Positions 6,231 through 10,094 of a stretch of DNA of 10,094 nt are shown here, in pieces (within the stretch, counting starts at the first letter, position 1; every line of letters begins with the position of its first letter). The notes beneath the pieces are model-generated. The model did not search any database. It was not told where the DNA came from and was given only the letters and a program-made list of their open reading frames with translations. Source of the stretch: a bacterium (GTDB taxonomy: Bacteria; Zixibacteria; MSB-5A5; GN15; FEB-12); assembly GCA_043811375.1 (NCBI GenBank), contig JBDRNJ010000054.1, forward strand, positions 1 through 10,094, given 5' to 3'. The position numbers and the translations under genes are program-made.

Positions 6231-6580
6231 TCCAGCCCAGTCAGACTTTTTTTCACCAACCGATACTTCAGACTCAGTTCCGCCACCAACTGCTTGAGCT
6301 GCTCGTTCTCCTGACGAAGACCGACCACCTCGCCGCTGCTGGCTTCCCGGACCGTGTCCCCCTGCAAACGCTTCTTGCCGGCCTCCAGAAAGTCCTTACT
6401 CCACCGGTAGTATAGATTGCTCACAATCCCTTCTCGCCGACACACCTCGGATATGCTGGTTTCCCCTTTCAAACCCTCCAGAACGATCCGAATCTTCTCC
6501 TCAGCCGTAAACTTCCGCCGGGTCTGACGACGGATATCCTTCACCACAGCTTCGGGATTCTGGCTCTGTTTGGCACGCAT
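6227..6580 (-). CDS. IS transposase OrfA (HTH_Tnp_1 + leucine zipper)
   Basis: RRKFTAEEKIRIVLE..SISEVCRREGI..NLYYRW HTH and zipper LRQENEQLKQLVAEL. RBS AAGGAG at 6587-6592 (minus). Confidence 0.93.
   Translation of the reverse strand: MRAKQSQNPEAVVKDIRRQTRRKFTAEEKIRIVLEGLKGETSISEVCRREGIVSNLYYRWSKDFLEAGKKRLQGDTVREASSGEVVGLRQENEQLKQLVAELSLKYRLVKKSLTGLE
6246..6253 (-). other. A7G slippery site for -1 OrfA-OrfB frameshift
   Basis: GTG AAA AAA AGT in the OrfA frame; the -1 frame (GAA AAA AAG TCT GAC TGG GCT GGA GTG) is open into OrfB. Confidence 0.75.
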
Positions 6581-6818
6581 GGTCCGCTCCTTTCAGTAAG
6601 ACTAAATTATCAAAACTACGTCTTAACAAAAAGCCCATCCGTGTCCGACTTCTGCTGAACCGATACACTCTTGCTTTTTATCGTCACCACTACCAAGAGA
6701 TCTGTGTCGCGAAGAAATCACGCCGGTTGTCACGGCAACTCCTGGTAAGTGTTGACATGAGTTGAGTTGTGGTTTATTGATTAGTTGGATTAACCAACCC
6801 TCCGCAGGAGCCAGTTCA

Positions 6819-7796
6819 GTGCGTTGTTCTAGGTGGTGTTCGACTCTCTTTATGATTGCCGTAATTGGTACCGGCTGCTCGGCCCCAGAACCGGAGGTCA
6901 CGCCTAATGAATACGGGGCCACCGCCTTAGGGTTGCGCCAGAAGCAAGGATTTGTGGACTTACCGTGGGAACGACTCCCCAACATTGGTGGCACGATTGA
7001 GGGCGCATCCACTTATGTCGAGCCGCTCGATGCTGATAGTATTGAGATGTGGGAGTATCGAGGCGGTCGCTATTATCACGCCGTTAACCTTTGCCACCGA
7101 TGCATGGGGTTTTTGTCTGTTTACAGGCAGACGGGAGATCGGTCTTTTTTGGCTCGGACAGAGAAGTATGCCCGAAAGTTGATGTCGAGGTGTATCAATA
7201 TTGACGGAGCGCTCTATGCCCCGATCGACTTCAAGTATGCAGTGCATGGTGATTCGTCAGTAGTGTTCAATCCGACTTGGTATTCAGGAATGCCTCAAGG
7301 AGAGCTATTGGAGGTGCTGGTGCGGCTCTTTGAGATCACTGATGATTCCGCCTATCTGGATTACTCTCATGGGTTGTTTGAGTCATTCCTTCGTCCATCC
7401 GAGCCATCCGGTTGTGGAGTCGTGCGAGTGGACGGATCAGGCTATTATTGGATTGAGGAGTACCCACACGGGGATGCGCCAGGCATGACGCTGAACGGCT
7501 TTGTAGCCAGTCTATTCGGCGTCTATGACTATCTCCGAGTTACCAAGAGTCCAGAGGCACGGATTGTCTGGGAGGTCGCCTTGACGACCCTGAAACATTA
7601 TTTGCCCGAGTACAGGCGCCGAGGCAAGACGAGCTATTACTGCCTTGGACACAAGCATCTTGCCACCAGAGAGTACCACGCTTTTCACATCAGCCAATTA
7701 CGTTCTCTGGCCCGCATGACTGACGACGGTTTCTTCACAATCATGGCTGATGTGTTGGAAACAGATGCCGTCGCGCATTTCAAGGAGGACTGGTAA
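6819..7796 (+). CDS. lipoprotein with a D-glucuronyl C5-epimerase C-terminal-like domain
   Basis: Motifs WYSGMPQG, WIEEYP, TLNGF..SLFGVYDY, YHAFHISQL. Start placed at GTG 6819 (RBS AGGAG 6806-6810), giving signal peptide MRCSRWCSTLFMIAVIGTG-C. The ORF track start is TTG 6762. Confidence 0.82.
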   Translation: MRCSRWCSTLFMIAVIGTGCSAPEPEVTPNEYGATALGLRQKQGFVDLPWERLPNIGGTIEGASTYVEPLDADSIEMWEYRGGRYYHAVNLCHRCMGFLSVYRQTGDRSFLARTEKYARKLMSRCINIDGALYAPIDFKYAVHGDSSVVFNPTWYSGMPQGELLEVLVRLFEITDDSAYLDYSHGLFESFLRPSEPSGCGVVRVDGSGYYWIEEYPHGDAPGMTLNGFVASLFGVYDYLRVTKSPEARIVWEVALTTLKHYLPEYRRRGKTSYYCLGHKHLATREYHAFHISQLRSLARMTDDGFFTIMADVLETDAVAHFKEDW

Positions 7797-7948
7797 GCTG
7801 AAGCGTCAGGCTACAGGTCGTCTACCGATGCCGCCAGACATGGTAGGTGCTTACGAGAGGAGCCCCCATCTTTGATTGGCAAGTGCGCGTTCTCGCGTGT
7901 CTCGTTGGGAGGAGACTCCGGCTGTGACAAATAGACGGGAAAGCCCAA

Positions 7949-9196
7949 TTGTTACTATCAGAGACTGCTAACACGCGCTCCAATGTTGCAGCTTCGGGCA
8001 ACCCGACTAGATTGCGACGTGAAGGTCTGGTGCCAATAGTGGTGGCGGTGTTGCTCAGCGGGTTATCGATTTATCTGCACTTTGTGGGCGGGACCAGCCT
8101 CACACAGGAGGCAGACATTTGGGATAAGAGAGTCCAACTGCACAGGGAATACTACCCTCTGTCTCGCCGATGTTTCACCACCCAATCTCTGTCTTTCTTG
8201 CACGACACCTTCGAAATCCCATATCGCGACGCTTTCATCATGCTCCAATATGGACTGTGCCTACTGCTGTCGGCGGCTTTTTATGTGTTTCTAAGGGAGC
8301 TTGGTTTTACAAGATTCAAGGCGAACGTTGGGCTGGCTCTCTTGCTCAGTTCCTATCCAATCCTGTGCGCTCACTTTCAGCCGGTCCATACGTGGGACGA
8401 TTTTTGGCAGTATCTCGGTAGCGTTGTGGCCCTTCTGCTGGCTTTCCGTGGAAAGTTGTTGTTGTCGGCATTCGTGCTCTCGGTTGCATGCGTGGCCCGC
8501 GAGTCAACCCTATTGATCTATCCAGCCTATTTGCTGGTCGTCCTATCGCAACGGCAGTTGAACACTTGGTCCAGAACCATGGCTGCGCTCCTACCTCTGG
8601 CCATATCCTTCGTTTACTTGGTGTTTACTTTCCGTCCTCCTGATCCAGTTCGGTTCCACAACTTCGACAAGAACTTCATGGATCCGACCTGGGCCAGTCA
8701 TACGGTGTTTTCGTTGCTGGTGAGTTTTGGCAGCCTATGGCTCACCAGCCTACTGGGTCTGATAGTGGCCGGTAGATCGTTGGTGTCCGATTGGCGATCG
8801 AGTGTAGTTGTTCTCGGAGCGGTATACTTGGTTCCCACCGTGGTGGTGAGTACACTGACACTGGCTCTGGCCAGGGAGACCAGGTTATTTTTCCCGCCCT
8901 TCCTTTTCTTGATCCCCCTAACCCTGTGGTTTTGGGAACAGATGGCCTCTCACCTGCGCACCTTCTACACCAGGTGGTTTGGCATACCGGGCATCCTGCT
9001 GTTGGCCGTGTCGATTATGGGTGGAATCCTGGCCGCTGAGAGCCTCTTTCCGACCTTCGACTTCAGGGCCTGGCCCGGCTTTGCTCAAACATACCTGGGT
9101 ATCCATATTGGGATTTCTATCTCGATCTCTGTTCCTTTAGTATTAGTTGTAGCCCAACGCTGTCGATGCACGTTGCAGAAGAGACCGGAGGCTTAG
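7949..9196 (+). CDS. polytopic membrane protein, probable GT-C-fold glycosyltransferase-like
   Basis: About 10 hydrophobic segments with conserved-looking loops TWDDFWQY, ARES and ARETRLF. Start codon uncertain. Confidence 0.6.
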   Translation: MLLSETANTRSNVAASGNPTRLRREGLVPIVVAVLLSGLSIYLHFVGGTSLTQEADIWDKRVQLHREYYPLSRRCFTTQSLSFLHDTFEIPYRDAFIMLQYGLCLLLSAAFYVFLRELGFTRFKANVGLALLLSSYPILCAHFQPVHTWDDFWQYLGSVVALLLAFRGKLLLSAFVLSVACVARESTLLIYPAYLLVVLSQRQLNTWSRTMAALLPLAISFVYLVFTFRPPDPVRFHNFDKNFMDPTWASHTVFSLLVSFGSLWLTSLLGLIVAGRSLVSDWRSSVVVLGAVYLVPTVVVSTLTLALARETRLFFPPFLFLIPLTLWFWEQMASHLRTFYTRWFGIPGILLLAVSIMGGILAAESLFPTFDFRAWPGFAQTYLGIHIGISISISVPLVLVVAQRCRCTLQKRPEA

Positions 9197-9207
9197 CCCC
9201 CACACAC

Positions 9208-9236
9208 AAAAAAACCGCCCCTGAAAACAAGGGCGG
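9208..9236 (-). terminator. rho-independent terminator of the sigma factor gene (hairpin may also act on the convergent gene)
   Basis: Minus strand CCGCCCTTG-TTTT-CAGGGGCGG followed by T7, 27 nt after the sigma stop codon. Confidence 0.85.
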
Positions 9237-9263
9237 CTTGGGATCATTACGATCTTGGTGTCG

Positions 9264-10094
9264 CTAGTTCAAATAGGCTCGCAGCGAACGACTCCGCGAA
9301 GCGTGACGCAGGCGGCGAATCGCCTTCTCCTTGATCTGCCGCACGCGCTCACGAGTCAGCGAAAAACGGGCGCCGATCTCTTCCAACGTCAAGGCCTTGT
9401 CTCCGTGCAGACCGAAATAGAGGTTGATCACCTCGGCCTCGCGCGTAGTCAGCGAATCCAGCGCCTTCTCAATCTCGACCCGTAACGACTGGCTCAGCAG
9501 CGACTCGTCGGGCGAGGGCTGCATTTCGTCCTCAAGGACATCTATGAGCGAGTTGTCTTCTGAAGTCGAAAAAGGAGCATCGAGCGAAAGATGCGAGTTC
9601 GATATCTTGAGCGTATCGGCCACTTCCGTTTCAGTCAACTCGAGCTCGTTGGCGATTTCCTCGGCCGAGGGCAAACGCCCCAGGCCCTGCTCCAACCGGC
9701 TGGAAATCTTGCCGATTTTGTGCAGTGTTCCCACCCGATTGAGGGGCAGGCGTACTATCCGACTTTGTTCTGCCAGGGCCTGTAGAATGGCCTGGCGGAT
9801 CCACCACACAGCATAACTGATAAACTTGAATCCTCGGGTCTCGTCAAACCTCTTGGCCGCTTTTATAAGGCCGATATTGCCTTCATTGATCAAATCGGCC
9901 AGGGACAGACCCTGATTCTGATACTGTTTGGCCACCGACACCACAAAACGCAGATTAGCCTTAGTGAGTTTTTCAAGGGACTTTTTATCGCCCAGCTTGA
10001 TCTTTCTGGCCAGCCGCACTTCTTCATCGGCGGTGATCAGCGGTGTTTCCCCGATTTCGCGCAGGTATAGGTCCAGGGACCGATCTTCGTCGCG
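9264..10094 (-). CDS. rpoD: RNA polymerase sigma70 factor, RpoD/SigA family; start lies beyond the right edge
   Basis: The frame stays open to 10094 ([29 protein letters not shown] = region 1.2). Region 2 [25 protein letters not shown]; region 4 [19 protein letters not shown]. Primary versus paralog status is not determinable. Confidence 0.93.
   Translation of the reverse strand, partial: RDEDRSLDLYLREIGETPLITADEEVRLARKIKLGDKKSLEKLTKANLRFVVSVAKQYQNQGLSLADLINEGNIGLIKAAKRFDETRGFKFISYAVWWIRQAILQALAEQSRIVRLPLNRVGTLHKIGKISSRLEQGLGRLPSAEEIANELELTETEVADTLKISNSHLSLDAPFSTSEDNSLIDVLEDEMQPSPDESLLSQSLRVEIEKALDSLTTREAEVINLYFGLHGDKALTLEEIGARFSLTRERVRQIKEKAIRRLRHASRSRSLRAYLN

Larger units (their letters stand above)
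5175..6667 (-). mobile_element. complete insertion sequence, 1493 bp, IS3/IS481-like DDE element
   Basis: TGT...ACA ends. Imperfect terminal IRs TGTACGTCGTCAGACAATTCGGACACGG (5175-5202) and TGTATCGGTTCAGCAGAAGTCGGACACGG (reverse complement of 6639-6667). Flanking 8-bp direct repeat CTCTTGCT (5167-5174, 6668-6675). Confidence 0.95.
4874..6765 (+). pseudogene. decayed membrane glycosyltransferase-like gene(s), frameshifted or deleted near 5080 and interrupted by an IS
   Basis: 4874-5080 encodes a TM helix plus WIIDDAGISYSYARNLASGNGLVAQPGLEPV (GT-C-like N-terminal DDA..Y..NL motif). In the +1 frame from 5082, removing the IS and one target copy restores VEDIFHSGEYAIGVWMTLVSLTGAVALLALA-FYRHHYQEICVAKKSRRLSRQLLVSVDMS* (stop 6763-6765). 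Confidence 0.7.

Noticed and set aside
6639..6648. GTGTCC shared between the IS inverted repeats and the 4562/4573 repeats
   Set aside because: Only a 6-bp match with different flanks and no TGT terminus; not evidence of a second IS end.

Overview
Bacterial window, probably from an anaerobic FCB-group lineage (inferred from the Bacteroidota/Chlorobi-like sigma70). It has three parts. (1) 1-3971: a self-contained putative redox-responsive sigma54 locus. Two back-to-back -24/-12 promoters (452-467 minus, 874-889 plus) flank a central cluster of palindromic candidate enhancer sites. They drive an HdrD/DsrK/HmcF-like Fe-S protein leftward (partial, absent from the ORF track) and a NifB/NifX-DUF1847 fusion plus a Usp-like protein rightward. 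A PAS-AAA+-HTH activator with a C-x8-C-x3-C PAS motif (OrpR-like) follows. (2) 4180-4780: a non-coding stretch with two tandem integrase-attachment-like junctions. One is built on a 23-nt initiator tRNA-Met fragment, the other on a promoter-bearing 5' half of tRNA-Leu(CAG) cut at the anticodon loop. Each has an 11-bp-period repeat pair, 10-bp-period repeats and an IHF-like site, with the repeat pair the same distance from the core in both. (3) 4874-10094: a decayed membrane glycosyltransferase-like gene interrupted by a complete 1493-bp two-ORF IS (IS3/IS481-like, 8-bp target duplication), then a D-glucuronyl C5-epimerase-like lipoprotein, a polytopic GT-C-like membrane protein, and a convergent RpoD-family sigma factor with its terminator. 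All family calls come from motif recognition by eye; no searches were run.
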